A stretch of 60,300 bases of DNA, filler included, from Globobulimina sp. (Eukaryota): NCBI GenBank assembly GCA_003354225.1. It is 14 parts of 14 records of this genome, joined end to end, with 100 filler letters (N's around TTAATTAATTAA, not from the genome) between each part and the next. Parts side by side here need not be neighbours in the genome. Positions count along the whole stretch, not along the records: positions 1 to 4,218 come from PIVH01001456.1; positions 4,319 to 8,535 come from PIVH01001457.1; positions 8,636 to 12,851 come from PIVH01001458.1; 11 more parts are not named here. One strand, written 5' to 3'. Both the position numbers and the translations under genes were made by a program. Below the pieces are notes generated by a model. That model saw only the letters and a program-made list of their open reading frames with translations, was not told the DNA's origin and made no database searches. Shown piece after piece: positions 1 through 11,985 of this stretch. Each line of letters starts with the position of its first letter. Within the stretch, counting starts at the first letter, position 1.

Positions 1-230
1 GTTATAGTTGACTGTGTACTGACTGTGTCCCTTCATTCCTGTTGACCGTGTACTTCACTATGTATATGTTGACCGCGCTCATGTTAGTGTTCCTGCTGAC
101 ATGATGTTGTGCTGTGCTGTTTTCTTGTTGACGGCATATTACAACGTATTCCCGCTGACCATGTGTTATAGTTGACTATGTACTGACTGCGTCCCTTTAA
201 TCCTGTTGACCGTGTACTTCACTATGTATA
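1..230. repeat. Degenerate minisatellite with G(T/C)TGAC core
   Basis: GTTGAC/GCTGAC recurs about every 27-33 nt. Positions 1-66 are repeated nearly verbatim from about 165 to 229. Confidence 0.8.
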
Positions 231-1717
231 TTCTCGTATTGCCTATTGCTATCTATACTGTTTCGGTATTCTTAAGTAGGAGTTGTGGTAAGGATGACTT
301 CTCCAACGAAGTTTCAATATGTCCCACTATCGGTCCACAGTTTCGATGGACCAAACAGACAATATCTTCTGTGGCGATTGGGGAAGGTAATCGAAAGAAG
401 AGAAAAACATCAAGCAAAGCTCTTCCGTTACTTGATGCACTCACTTAGTACTTACAAAAAATGTAGGTGATTTATAAAGCGATAAGTTGACTCAATAATG
501 TTATATCTTTGTAGTCGGCAGAACCGTTGACACTTTTGATTACGTTATTGACGGTCACGCGGTATTCAAGCCACGTCATACAAGAGTTTGCATTGATTTG
601 TACACCGAAGAGTATGAAACTCTACGAAGTCAGTTGCGAAAATTGAAATATGTTGTAAAGCGAGGTATTTCATTGACTCCTTGTTCGTACAGTATGTAGG
701 TATTTACTTTTTACTTTCAGTTCTGGCTGTCGACAACATAAACGCTGTAAGAGTGATCTACAGAAACCCATACATTTGAGTCAAGTAGCCATTAGAGTCA
801 AGTTGCCACCCTTAATGTTATTTTAAGTAAACTGTAACATGTACAACCAATTTTTGTAATGGTATGTAGTACCTGCTATTAGTACCTACTATTAGTACCT
901 GCTTGTAATATCTGCTATTGCAGTTTGTATTATCATTGTATTTATTATATTAAGATGGAAGGAGTAATTGTGCCACTGACGAAAAGCAGAATTTATACTT
1001 CACCTTATTTGCGAAACCGTTTGTATGGTGTCGTTCGTGCTAAGGATTGTGCGAAAAAGTATGCATTTCGTCAGCTGACAAACGCACACAAATCGTATGC
1101 GTCCAGTAAGTCAGGAAACAGTCTTGATAATAGTTTAGTAATGTAGCGATATTTAGATAGTTTACCAATTGGTCAAGTTAAAATTTGCAATTGTATCGCG
1201 TCAACTTGTCCGTGTCATGTTACTTACCGTCTGACTTGTTACAATGAGGCAAGAAGACGTTTTGAAAGGTGCTGCAGGTTTTATGAAAAAGGTTAGGTGT
1301 TTAAGCAATGGCTAAATTGTATATTAAAATACTTGTTGTAGTTCAACGAAGTGCAGCGAAGGTCAAACAAGACAAGATCAATAGAATGCGTTGAAAAGTA
1401 GTCAAGTTGACTGTAGTAATTTCATGTTCTATTTTGTGTTTTGATATAAAATTTTATAAACTGTGTTCAATTTCTGCATACCCTGTTATATTCGAGACCG
1501 TGTAGTCTTACCTATATGTTTTATAATCGTAAGTAAATTATGTTATGTGCTCAAATGAGCCATAAAAGAAATGTCATTCATGGTATTGCATACTTACGTA
1601 GTATGCAAATTTTTTAACCACTCACCTGCCAAGTGACGCATGTGTTTCTTTGCAGATAACTCAAAGTAACGCACTTCGGTCGGTCTCTGTCTTATTTGTT
1701 TATCTAAAGTTTTAAAA

Positions 1718-2605
1718 ATGGATTTTGACCCAGAAACATTTGAGTTTCATGCTAACTGTTGTTGGGACCAAGCAGAGATGGAAAGACGTCGAATTGAGAA
1801 GTGGACAAACAGAGCCGAAAGAAGTCATTGGGGCCAATTGGGTTTGGAACAACAGAAAGTAAAGGAAGAATGCAAGTTGTCCAAAGAAGAAGTAACCGAA
1901 GATTTTGCAAGTAAGAATTATTTACGTGTAACCTGGTTTAAACTTATACTAACTGTAGATCAATGCAAGAAAACGCTTGTGACTGGGGCAAATATGTCTG
2001 ATCTGAAGAACGTCTTAGTAACGGCCAAGACGAAGTTATTGAGAGCAGAGGCTGTGGAAAAAGCCAAATTACGAGAAGTTGCCCAAAAGTATAGCCGTAA
2101 GTCAAAAAGTCAAATAATTTTGGAAATAGTAGCGTAGTAATTAACTATTTTAGCAAATAGCAACGAATCTATGTTATCCGATCTCAGCTATTTCCATGCC
2201 AACAGTTACGTGTACGATTTGGAACAAAATTGTTGGGGAGGCAAATCTGCTACAAATCATCGTCTCCGGCGTAGTTTGTCTGTTTGTGCATTGGCCGAAC
2301 AAGATATGCCAGCAAATGTCGATGCAGAACCAATAGTTCAATTGGAAGTGGACGAATACGGTTTCGAACGAGAGGCAGAGGAATCCGATGTTTTCGATTC
2401 AGGATTAGGAAATGAAAGTTGGGAACTATCTGACAGCAGGTTAGTCGACTTGACGCTTTTGTTCGGCTTATTTAAGGATTCGCATATTTTTAGTGAATTG
2501 TTGCCTTTTACAAGTACTCCTATTCGCAAATACGATTTACTGCGCCGTCCCATCAGAGATAGCCATTCGCCGGAAGGGAAGACCTGTCTGGATGCCAAAT
2601 TTTAG
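1718..2605 (+). CDS. Hypothetical protein, probably two exons (1718-~2130 and ~2190-2605)
   Basis: Two consecutive ORFs on the same strand with a possible short GT-AG intron between them. The C-terminal LPFTSTP...RRPIR motif is shared with 2945-3948. No family recognised. Confidence 0.4.
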
Positions 2606-2944
2606 AATTTTGAACCAAACAAGATGTACAGTGCAGTAAATTTTTTTGTCACGTAGTATTTTAATGTGTTATGCACTTATTTAACGTCGTTAACTTGACT
2701 GTAAATAGAGTACGTACAGTTAGTATTTACCGTATTATTATTTTTAAGTACCATGTATAGTGTACAATGTACAGTACTTGTTGAAGTGCATCCATTTTAA
2801 TGAAGTAAAATTTAATGGTTGTTCATGCCTTTGCGTAATTTGCCAATCGTTGTATATCGATAACTTTATACCTTTAACTTTATATCTATGAAATGAAATG
2901 ACATGCTATTGGTTGTGTGGGTGTGTTTAGGTTTTAGGTGAAAG

Positions 2945-3948
2945 ATGGATTCCAGGAAGGTTTTGGTCGGTGATCTGTATGCACAAGTGTACACCTGGGA
3001 AAGGCAACCTTGCATGTACACGTACGAGGAGGAATTGATCTTGAACCAAGTATTAGTGGAAAATAGACGTAAGAGAAAATGGTTCTTGAAGAGACGTGCT
3101 TACACAACTTTGAACAGACGTCGAGAAAAATTGTTGGATCAATATGCAGGTAATGCAGCAGTGAACCTGTAACAATTGAAACTTTAAAACTTCAGATGAT
3201 AACAAAATATTATTGCATTGGGGCACTCCCTTGGCGGAAGCAGAATTTGTCGTTTTGTATGTCGAAGGAAGACGCAAACTGAAAGTAGTCGAAAGCAAGT
3301 GGGAAAGATTACAGGATTACAACTCTTCTACCGGTATAATGCTGCTGAAAATTACAAATTTTATTTAGAAATGTTTCTAGATTCGGTGCACAAACAGAAC
3401 TACTTCAAAGGGGTGTACAGTGACAGACATGGTCAGAATGAGAGAAATAACAGGGAAGACGAAGGTATTGTGCTAACTACTCATTGTAATTGACGCAATA
3501 AGCAATGATACTGGAACTGTTTAGATGCAGCGGAAAGGAAACAACCAATACCATACGCGGATTGTTTCGAGCCCCTTGATTCTGCAGATCTCAGTGATTG
3601 GTTGGAAAGCTCGGCGTCGATGGTATGTTACAGAGAGAAAATGTGGAAAAGTGTATCGGTGATCAACCTTTACGAGACGGGTGATTTCCAGTTGTGGTTC
3701 GATAGTGTCAAGTTAACAAGGTAAGTTGACTGTAAAACTTGATGTTACATGTATATGTGTATATATCACTGTTATGTAGGAACAAAGCCGAAGGAAACGA
3801 TTCTTACTTGGGAGGACGAATGCTGCCGTTCACCAGTACTCCGGTTCCACGATTTTATCTGGAGAGAAGGCCGATCAGACCTGTTAAAGATATCGTGCCG
3901 TGCGACAATGTGACACTAGGTGATGCACTTATAATAACGTTAACTTGA
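2945..3948 (+). CDS. Hypothetical multi-exon protein, paralogue of 1718-2605
   Basis: Candidate introns at ~3465-3524 (GTATTG...TTAG) and 3721-3779 (GTAAG...GTAG) join the ORF pieces in frame. The product ends MLPFTSTPVPRFYLERRPIR. Confidence 0.4.
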
Positions 3949-4218
3949 CGCAAATCATAAATTTGTTTCAGAAGTCGCAGAAACTCCAAAAAAACGATCA
4001 TCGGTTGTACATAACTTGTTCCGTCCAAAACAGCTTCATGAGCACGCTGGCAAGGAAACGGAATATAATAAGGAGGGCGACATTGGAAAGGAAACAGCAC
4101 CGAGTAATGCAAATCGAGGATCATGTTGTGTTACGTGAAAGTTTAAAAGCGATTATACAGTTTTCACTAATGTGAAATTAATGTAGTAAACCATTCTTTT
4201 CCGCTCCTCACGAACATA

Positions 4219-4318
4219 NNNNNNNNNNNNNNNNNNNNNNNNNNNNNNNNNNNNNNNNNNNNTTAATTAATTAANNNNNNNNNNNNNNNNNNNNNNNNNN
4301 NNNNNNNNNNNNNNNNNN
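4219..4318. other. Artificial contig-joining linker (first of 13)
   Basis: N44-TTAATTAATTAA-N44, with stops in all six frames. Identical 100-nt linkers lie at 8536-8635, 12852-12951, 17167-17266, 21482-21581, 25797-25896, 30111-30210, 34425-34524, 38739-38838, 43053-43152, 47366-47465, 51679-51778 and 55990-56089. Contig lengths decrease monotonically. Confidence 0.99.
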
Positions 4319-4420
4319 GTAGTCATACACAGTACCGTCGCAAAGTGTAGTCATACATAGAAGCCGTAGTCGTACATAGTACCGTCGTACAGTGTAGTCA
4401 TACATAGTAGTCGTACAGTG
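4319..4420. repeat. ~14-bp tandem repeat (GTAGTCATACATAG-like) abutting the 5' end of the RT ORF
   Basis: Visible array of GTAGTC(A/G)TACA(T/C)AG and TACCGTCG variants at the contig start. Confidence 0.85.
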
Positions 4421-4499
4421 GCGCGACGAAGTTATTTCACGTACAGCTCAACAAATCCTTGGACTGAAATTCGCCAACAATTTTACAACAAAACCATGG

Positions 4500-7400
4500 A
4501 TGACATTGGATATAAAAGAAGCCATCGATACAGCAAAAGATTACAAAAATGAATGGAAATCATATTCACAGCGAAAACGAAAGAAATTTAAATCAAAATT
4601 GCAACGATTAGAGGACGAGGCGACGTTTGCCGAAGATAATGGCCGTATGATTTGGATGGAACATTATCTCGAGACAAACATTGTAAATTCAGGCACCGAC
4701 TTCAAAACTATTAATCAAATCATTAATTACGGCCTAAAACAGCCGGACTATATACCGACGTTGATCGATAACGACGGCAAAGTCATTGCAGAATCATCCA
4801 AAGAAAAAGCGAATGCATTATTGGCACACAAGCAACGATTTGAACATCGGAAATTTGCCACGAATGATATGAATATTCACGAGAATCAAATGATTGATTC
4901 GACGTTAAATGAATGGAAATCAAATAAAATTAATCAAATACCAAACACCAAATTATTACGAGAGCTAAGCTATGCAAATGGCCCTATTTCGAGAGCTGAA
5001 ATCAAAAATTCATTTTTTTCCTTCGGTCAAAACAAGGCAATATGCCACAACCACATATCTAACAAAGTGCTGCAGCGTAATTATGATATTTTAGAGAAAC
5101 CAGTCAATTTATTATATAATATGTTGTATTCGAACGGGCTACGTATGAAAGCCTCTAATTTTGGTGAAGTTCATTTTAAACCAAAAGGAGGCAAAGACAA
5201 GCGACTGATGAAGAACTTGCAACCATTACAAATCACCTCAAATTTCATCAAACCGTATGACAAAATTATAGCCAGACGCACTCTGCGATTGTCCATCAAT
5301 TTGGGCTATATCAAAAAAAGCGATTTTGGCTTCATGAAAACGTTTGGATGCATAGATATAATTACATTAATTCTAGATATTATCGAACGTAATGCGAGCC
5401 GCGGTCAGCATACACACGCTGTGTTACTGGATTTCGACTCATGTTTTGATACATTTAACCATAAAAATGTATTGTTCGAACTGCAATTTCAATTCGGATT
5501 TAAAGGCAATATATATAACTTTTATTATGCATCGCTAAATAATCGATGGATTCGCGTTATTGTGAATGGATACAAAACAGAATGGAGAAAAGAAGAAATT
5601 GGATTAGGACAAGGTTGGTCACCTTCCAGTGTCCTATGCTTACTGGGCGAGAGCGACATGGATATTATTAATTACTTAAACTTAGGAATTAAACTCCTAA
5701 CCTTCGCAGACGACAATATATTAATTAGCGATGGCACTATCACTGATCCATTCATTTTAGCAAATAATATGAACTTCGCACTGCGTATAATCACATTTAT
5801 TGTGCGCAAGAAGCAACTTTTAATGTCGGTATCCAAGCAGCAATATATCGTTTGGATGCCATGCAAAACGACTCCAACAAACTACCAACATTGTGAATAT
5901 TATTTGGATATTGTTATGATGACCGATGCAAATAATGAATTTGAACTCGTTACGCGCGAATACGTCGCCGTTAAATATTTAGGAGCATTGCTTGACATCC
6001 ATGTAACATTAGAACTGTGGATGAAGAAAATATATCACAAGGCGAAGAATTCGGCACTAAAAATTATGTCAACATTCGGGAATTCCAAGAATCTCAAAGC
6101 TTTTTGGATCCCACATCTCTTTAAGGCGCTCATTATCCCAAAGCTATATGGATTGGAGATTTGGGGCCATTCCTCATTGAGTATTAATACAAAAATCAAA
6201 TCGCTATACAATGATATGATACGTTTTAGCAATGGCGACAGCGACAGCTCATCGCCTTTAGTTATCCTACAAATGCAAATTAAATGGCACAGCTATGAGG
6301 AATTGGTGGATTATAGGAAAGCAAATCTATGGTCTAAACTGATACGATCACCGCAATCAAATATATTCTCCGATTACCTGCAAGATAACTATTGGTTTGA
6401 TTGGTGCCTAGAACGTAATGATGACACCGCAAATTACCATGCTCTGTTAAAGCATGACAAAGCAAATAATACCACACAAATCGATGGTATTCGCATAGAC
6501 GATATACAAATAATTGGCGCGCTTCGACGTAATAACATTGACGATGAACGTTGGGATTATACAGAGGGCGATGACAAACACGAATTGTTCATTCCGCCAC
6601 AAAGCATTATCCCCAAATCATCGAAAAAGCTGTTTAAAATATCCAAAGGTGTACTAAATTCTATATTCAATGCGGCAAAAAAGTTAAAATCATCTGATTA
6701 TATCTATATGGACAATATCGATATAAATGATATCCCTAAATTTAACCCATCATACTTCCCGCCATTGGACATCCCAACTAACTTAAAAGCACATTTGTAT
6801 GACGAGAATAAAAAATTGATAGATTTCAATGTTGATTGGTTGCAGTCATCGTTAATTAAATTAAATATAGACACAAAAAGTATGCAGTTAGGTTTTACAG
6901 ATGGTTCCAATAAAGATTTGTATGGCGGATCCGGGCTATTTTCTTGTTCCGCGCATTATTATTTGAATGATCTATCATATGAAACGATTATAAGTAACAA
7001 ATTTATTGATTCACAGATTGAACGCAACCATAACACGATAAGCAATTATTTCTATCATGCCCGATCCGTCGGAGTCCGCTCAAGCATCGATCATTGCGAA
7101 ATTGATGGCGTTGACCTCATGTTAGATGATATCGAGTATTATATTGATGAAATCGAAAAAAATGACAAATCAAAGGCACCAAAACATGTCATGCTTATAA
7201 TTGACAATTTGGGTGTCATCAAATGGATCATTGGGATGAATGAAATCAAATCAACGATAGTTTATGGCAAAATCATTGATATTCATAATCAAATTAATCG
7301 ATTAAAGCAAAAGAATATTGAAATACACATTGTTTGGAAGAATTCGCATACCGATGAGCCGGGCAATGATTTAGCAGATATTTTGGCCAAATTGGCAATG

Positions 7401-8072
7401 ATGAATTTATATCAAACCAAGGATTGGAACGAATATAAATTGTCCCCTTCGATTAAGGAGTGGGAGAACTATGATTTCCAGGCAATCAAGAAAGAGCATA
7501 AACGGATGGCGTGGCACAACACATTGAATAAATTAAGAGATCGATACAAAAATACAAGAAAGCAAAATCATAAATCATTGTCGCTGCATTATGCCAATTG
7601 GAACATTACTTATAATCGGATATTTAAACAGGAATTAAAATATTTGGAATACTATAAATGGAAAAACATATCAACTCTCCGCATAGGACACGGCATTCTG
7701 AAGGCACAAACAAAATGGAAAACAGATAAAAAATGTACACAAATAAGCTGCAATCAATTGGAAACAGTATCACATTATTTGCTACATTGCCCACACTACA
7801 ATCACCTAAGAAGCCATCTTATGAATGAATATAAATCCATATTAAACCAATTCGACGCTTCCTTTGGATGGCCAACCAATGATGAACAGACATTAAAGAT
7901 ATTATTATTTCCATTGCATGCTCAAATCACAGATAAAAATATCTTACGAAATCAAGTTGAATGGGATAAATATAGTGAAGCCAGGATAATTTGCTTGAAC
8001 TTGTTATCAAAGTTTATTGATGATACAAAACGGTTTGCCAATCAATGGAATTATGACTTCCATACTTGGTAA
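4500..8072 (+). mobile_element. Non-LTR retrotransposon ORF2 (RT, RNase H, C-terminal CCHC), 5'-truncated
   Basis: 1190-aa open ORF. RT motifs: DFGF, LDFDSCFD, GLGQG, FADD, KYLG. RNase H motifs: FTDGS, HCE, IIDN, SHT...GNDLAD. C-terminal CTQISC...ETVSHYLLHC. The frame stays open upstream to ~4420 (..ILGLK..KPW), and no endonuclease domain is in view. Confidence 0.92.
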
Positions 8073-8635
8073 CCAAATACTTCGTATTTATACACACTTT
8101 CACTGCCTCCGTTGATTTTATTTATTTGCTTTTAATTGGCAGCGAAAAGATCTTTTGGAAAAGTCTATTGTGTGTTTTTTATGTTTTGCTTTTATGTTTT
8201 CTTTTTATATATATATTTATTATATGTTTTATTTGTGTTACCCGGGTTATGTGTACTCATACACAAACTTTACCGGTTGGTTTGCTTATTTATAGTTTGC
8301 CGTTTTCTTCTGGCAAACGTTTTAATTTAAAAAACTCTTTTCAAGTTCCCTCCGCTTTCCAAAAACTGATTCCTCCAAACAAATATTCAGACTCTAACCC
8401 CAATTGCAAATACATGTTGATTTTTGCTAAAGTAACTGGGGTTAGCATACTTGTTTCATCTATAACCAATAACTATACATTTTCAAACTCTTTCTGAATT
8501 TTTTGTTTTGTTTTGAAAATAGCGGTAATTTTCATNNNNNNNNNNNNNNNNNNNNNNNNNNNNNNNNNNNNNNNNNNNNTTAATTAATTAANNNNNNNNN
8601 NNNNNNNNNNNNNNNNNNNNNNNNNNNNNNNNNNN

Positions 8636-8867
8636 TGTTCGCTTTTGATATCATGGGAGGTCGGCATGGTTGTGCCACATATTGCGGATATGGTTGTGCC
8701 GCATATTGCTGGTATGGTTGTGCCACATATTGTGGATATGGTTGTGCTACATAATGCGGTTGAGGATATGGTTGGATCGCGTATGGATGACGATATTGGG
8801 TTTGATATGGCATATTTACATTCTGATAATTACGCGTTAAATGATTAGAATGATTAAGACTGTACAT
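8636..8867 (-). CDS. N-terminal fragment of a protein with (Y/Q/P)-rich repeats (YVAQPYPQ)
   Basis: About four copies of a 24-bp coding repeat. Truncated by the linker. Confidence 0.5.
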
Positions 8868-9100
8868 AGTGATTTGCTTAAAATCATGAAAATCTTCTTC
8901 TTTCTTCTTTCAAGGCAAATCTGAATACGATGCTTTCAAGGCAAATTTTTTTTCAGTCTTAGCATCAAAAACAATGGATGCTCCGCTTCGATCGTATGTT
9001 TTTGACGCAAAATTATGATCGGAGTTTTACAAAAAAAACACAATAAATTAAATTGAAGTGATCGGAGTTTGGCTATTACTTATAAAATAATTAAAATAAA

Positions 9101-9988
9101 TTACTTAATTGTGACAATACCATTTGGACAAGAAACAGTGACATTGAATTCAACATTTTTACCTTTTTCAAAAATAAATCGTTTTTCCATGTCCATTGCA
9201 GAAAATATTTTGTTAATTTGATCATATTTCGGATGAATACATTTCAATTTCAATAATTTACATCCTTGCGGTGCTTTATACGATGGATGATCATTATTTG
9301 CATTATCTTCAAATTTCCAATCGATGATAGTAGGCAATACTCCTTGCGATTCATTATAAATGCCAGCCAAAGAAAGTGGACGCATTAATTCCCATTTTAT
9401 CATATTATCATTTGGTAATTTTCGTTCTCCTGGAAATATAGCACCATAATCAAAGTTTGCACGTTGTATTATCATTGCTTTATAATCATTTAATTTATTA
9501 TGATATTTCTGTGGTGCTCGACACATAAAACTTACAATACCTTCACCACCTTTTTTTGTTCCAACCAATGCTTTCAAAAATCCACCGCTTCTTTTTTGTT
9601 TTGTATTATTTGGATCATCGGCAAGGAGCTCAAAATACGTTCCATTTCCTAATGAAAACAAAGCATTCCAACTGCCCCATTTCAAATGTCTGCCACTAAC
9701 AACAGGTTTAACGCCTAATAAATCCTCAAATTTAATCATTGCTTTTCTTAAATCTTTACACCAATATACGATATGATCTATCTTTGCTTCGTCATCACCA
9801 TTGCTGGTTTGCACGGTCTTTAAATGAGACATCAACTTATTCAGTCTTCCCAAACCTGTTGAACTTGAACTTGTAGTTGACATGATCGACTTTTTAGGTT
9901 TAAAAAAAACAAAAAAACAGCTGAATGCAAACAGAGACAAAATAACAACGATTTGAGTAGCATTGAGAAAACCGCTCATATGATACAA
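9101..9988 (-). CDS. Glyoxalase-like VOC family protein (Glyoxalase_3 type); likely ATG at 9883 or 9979
   Basis: IDHIVY...LGVKPVVSGRH..WGSWNALFSLGNGTYFELLA.DP and LPTIIDW motifs. Confidence 0.85.
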   Translation of the reverse strand: MYHMSGFLNATQIVVILSLFAFSCFFVFFKPKKSIMSTTSSSSTGLGRLNKLMSHLKTVQTSNGDDEAKIDHIVYWCKDLRKAMIKFEDLLGVKPVVSGRHLKWGSWNALFSLGNGTYFELLADDPNNTKQKRSGGFLKALVGTKKGGEGIVSFMCRAPQKYHNKLNDYKAMIIQRANFDYGAIFPGERKLPNDNMIKWELMRPLSLAGIYNESQGVLPTIIDWKFEDNANNDHPSYKAPQGCKLLKLKCIHPKYDQINKIFSAMDMEKRFIFEKGKNVEFNVTVSCPNGIVTIK

Positions 9989-9998
9989 TCGCTTATTG

Positions 9999-10925
9999 TT
10001 ATAAATACTGATTTGTTTTCTTACAATTCCTGAGTTTGCGAGATATTTTTCTACAATTTAGACATCGCATATCTTGTCTTTTCATATCAATCTCCTGATT
10101 GCAATCCCAACACCAATAGGTCCAATGTGTGCAGTTTGTGCATGTCATTATTGAGCATGCTTTATTAATATCTTTCTGTGTCCGATTTATTTGAATTCCG
10201 CAATTTGGGCAAAACTTAACAAATACCGCCATATTATCAGCATATACTAAATCAATTGTATCTGAATTATTATTTACTGCATTCACCACTGACACAATTG
10301 ATACATCATTATCATGTCCAACAATATCACCGTTATCACTCTCTAACATTGGCAACTCATTGATGGGTTCATTTGTTTCCGATTTAATTTCTTTTTTTAT
10401 AATAATTTCATCGGTTATAATTACCATATCATTATCCTCATTATTCCCATTATCAATATTTTTATTTTCTATAATATGCGTATAATTTGCGTCACTTATA
10501 TTGTTGTTATGCGTTGCATCATGTACTGGTGATATATTATTATGTGTATATTGACTATCAATCGCATACAGTGGTAAATCATTGATGGGTTGCAATTGAT
10601 TTGTTTCTTTTTTTATTTCTTTTTTTATAATAATTCCATAGGTTATATTTACCATATCATCATCCGCATGACCATCCGGGTTTTTTTCTTCTTTTATATT
10701 ATTATTCGACGATCGTTTTCTATTTTTATTTTCTTCCCATATAATATTCATATTATTTGTGTAATTTATATTGTTGTTATAATGTACTGCTGATTTATTT
10801 TGCTGTGATGCACTGTGTGGAGTTAGCGTAGATTGTGTATGCTTTTTATCCTCATTATCATATGGAATTGCATTATTATTCAATTTTCTTTTTTTTGCTA
10901 TTCTAATTGGTACCGGCTGCTCCAA
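9999..10925 (-). CDS. Asn-rich low-complexity protein with a C-terminal IBR/Rcat-like Cys cluster
   Basis: KFCPNC...CSIMTC.NC...WCWDC. Internal duplicated IIIKKEIK.ETN segment. May be spliced to the upstream GRF ORF. Confidence 0.6.
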   Translation of the reverse strand: MEQPVPIRIAKKRKLNNNAIPYDNEDKKHTQSTLTPHSASQQNKSAVHYNNNINYTNNMNIIWEENKNRKRSSNNNIKEEKNPDGHADDDMVNITYGIIIKKEIKKETNQLQPINDLPLYAIDSQYTHNNISPVHDATHNNNISDANYTHIIENKNIDNGNNEDNDMVIITDEIIIKKEIKSETNEPINELPMLESDNGDIVGHDNDVSIVSVVNAVNNNSDTIDLVYADNMAVFVKFCPNCGIQINRTQKDINKACSIMTCTNCTHWTYWCWDCNQEIDMKRQDMRCLNCRKISRKLRNCKKTNQYL

Positions 10926-10998
10926 TGACCGTTTTCTATTTTTCTTTTCTTTTTTATTGCATAAACATATATAATATATTTAAGTATATATTTAATGT

Positions 10999-11556
10999 TT
11001 AACTTAAAAGTTCTACAATAAATGACAAAGGATCCACTGGTTTCGGCGGTTTCGGCGGTTTCAGCGGTTTCTTTATATTTTTATATTTAGTTGGTCTATT
11101 TATATATTGTTTTTTTGTTTTCTTTTTGCGTCGTTTTTTTTGTGTCGTTTTTGGGATTTTGCGTCGGTTTTTTTGTTTCTTTTTGTCGTATTTCTGTGCA
11201 TAGGCATTGCATGCAACAGCTTCTCTGTAATATTGACTTTTATTTTGTGCATATTGATGGCGATGGAGATCACTTCCAAAGGTTTCACATCCATTGATTT
11301 GACAGCAAGTCCAAAAATATCTGCCTTTATTGTGGTTGTTTTTGCTGACAGTTTTTCTGTCCATTTCCAAGCCATGCTTGCATATCGGTGCTTTATTATT
11401 AATAATGGATAGCTTTTGTTTTTTAAGGGCATTTTTTCTTTTTCGTAGTCCAGAGCTTGTATATGGTTTTTGGAGTGGCGGCTTATTATGAATGCTGGTT
11501 TGAGGCTGATTGTTAGAATTGTGTCTTCTCAGACCTGTGGAACTTGACGTTGACAT
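10999..11556 (-). CDS. Basic protein with a GRF-type zinc finger
   Basis: CKHG...KTVSKNNHNKGRYFWTC...C.F. Confidence 0.7.
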   Translation of the reverse strand: MSTSSSTGLRRHNSNNQPQTSIHNKPPLQKPYTSSGLRKRKNALKKQKLSIINNKAPICKHGLEMDRKTVSKNNHNKGRYFWTCCQINGCETFGSDLHRHQYAQNKSQYYREAVACNAYAQKYDKKKQKNRRKIPKTTQKKRRKKKTKKQYINRPTKYKNIKKPLKPPKPPKPVDPLSFIVELLS

Positions 11557-11985
11557 TTGTTTTTTAGGGTTTTCTGAAATTCCAAATTAAAAACAGTTGA
11601 GCTTCTCTAGCATGGACATGGACAATGACTGCAAACAAAAACAAAATAACAACGCTTCGAGTACCATTGAAATGCAAACGTATGTTGTTCATAAGATAAC
11701 ATTAACCATCAAATAATTATCAAACGACACACAATACAAACAACCAGTCTTTCCAATCAACAATATTTTATAGCATCAAATAGATTTATTGTCTCTCTTC
11801 GAGTGTTTGAATTGATATCAGCGAACACAATACAACAACAACCATACATTTACAAAGTTGAGCTTTGCATAGAAACCAATAGCTACCAATGGACTGAATC
11901 CAATCAAGTTATGTATACTTATGCTAATTTACTACGTTCTTCATCGATATTATGTGATTACCAATACATTACAATTTAATAGGAA

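Noticed and set aside
1..230. Possible CRISPR-like array
   Set aside because: The units are degenerate tandem repeats without unique spacers, the context is eukaryotic, and no cas genes are present.
4263..4274. Regularly spaced TTAATTAATTAA palindromes about every 4.3 kb
   Set aside because: Artificial linker inside N runs. It is not a biological repeat, and adjacency across linkers carries no meaning.
8066..8497. 143-aa hydrophobic ORF after the retrotransposon
   Set aside because: T-rich 3' UTR/flank read-through with no family features.
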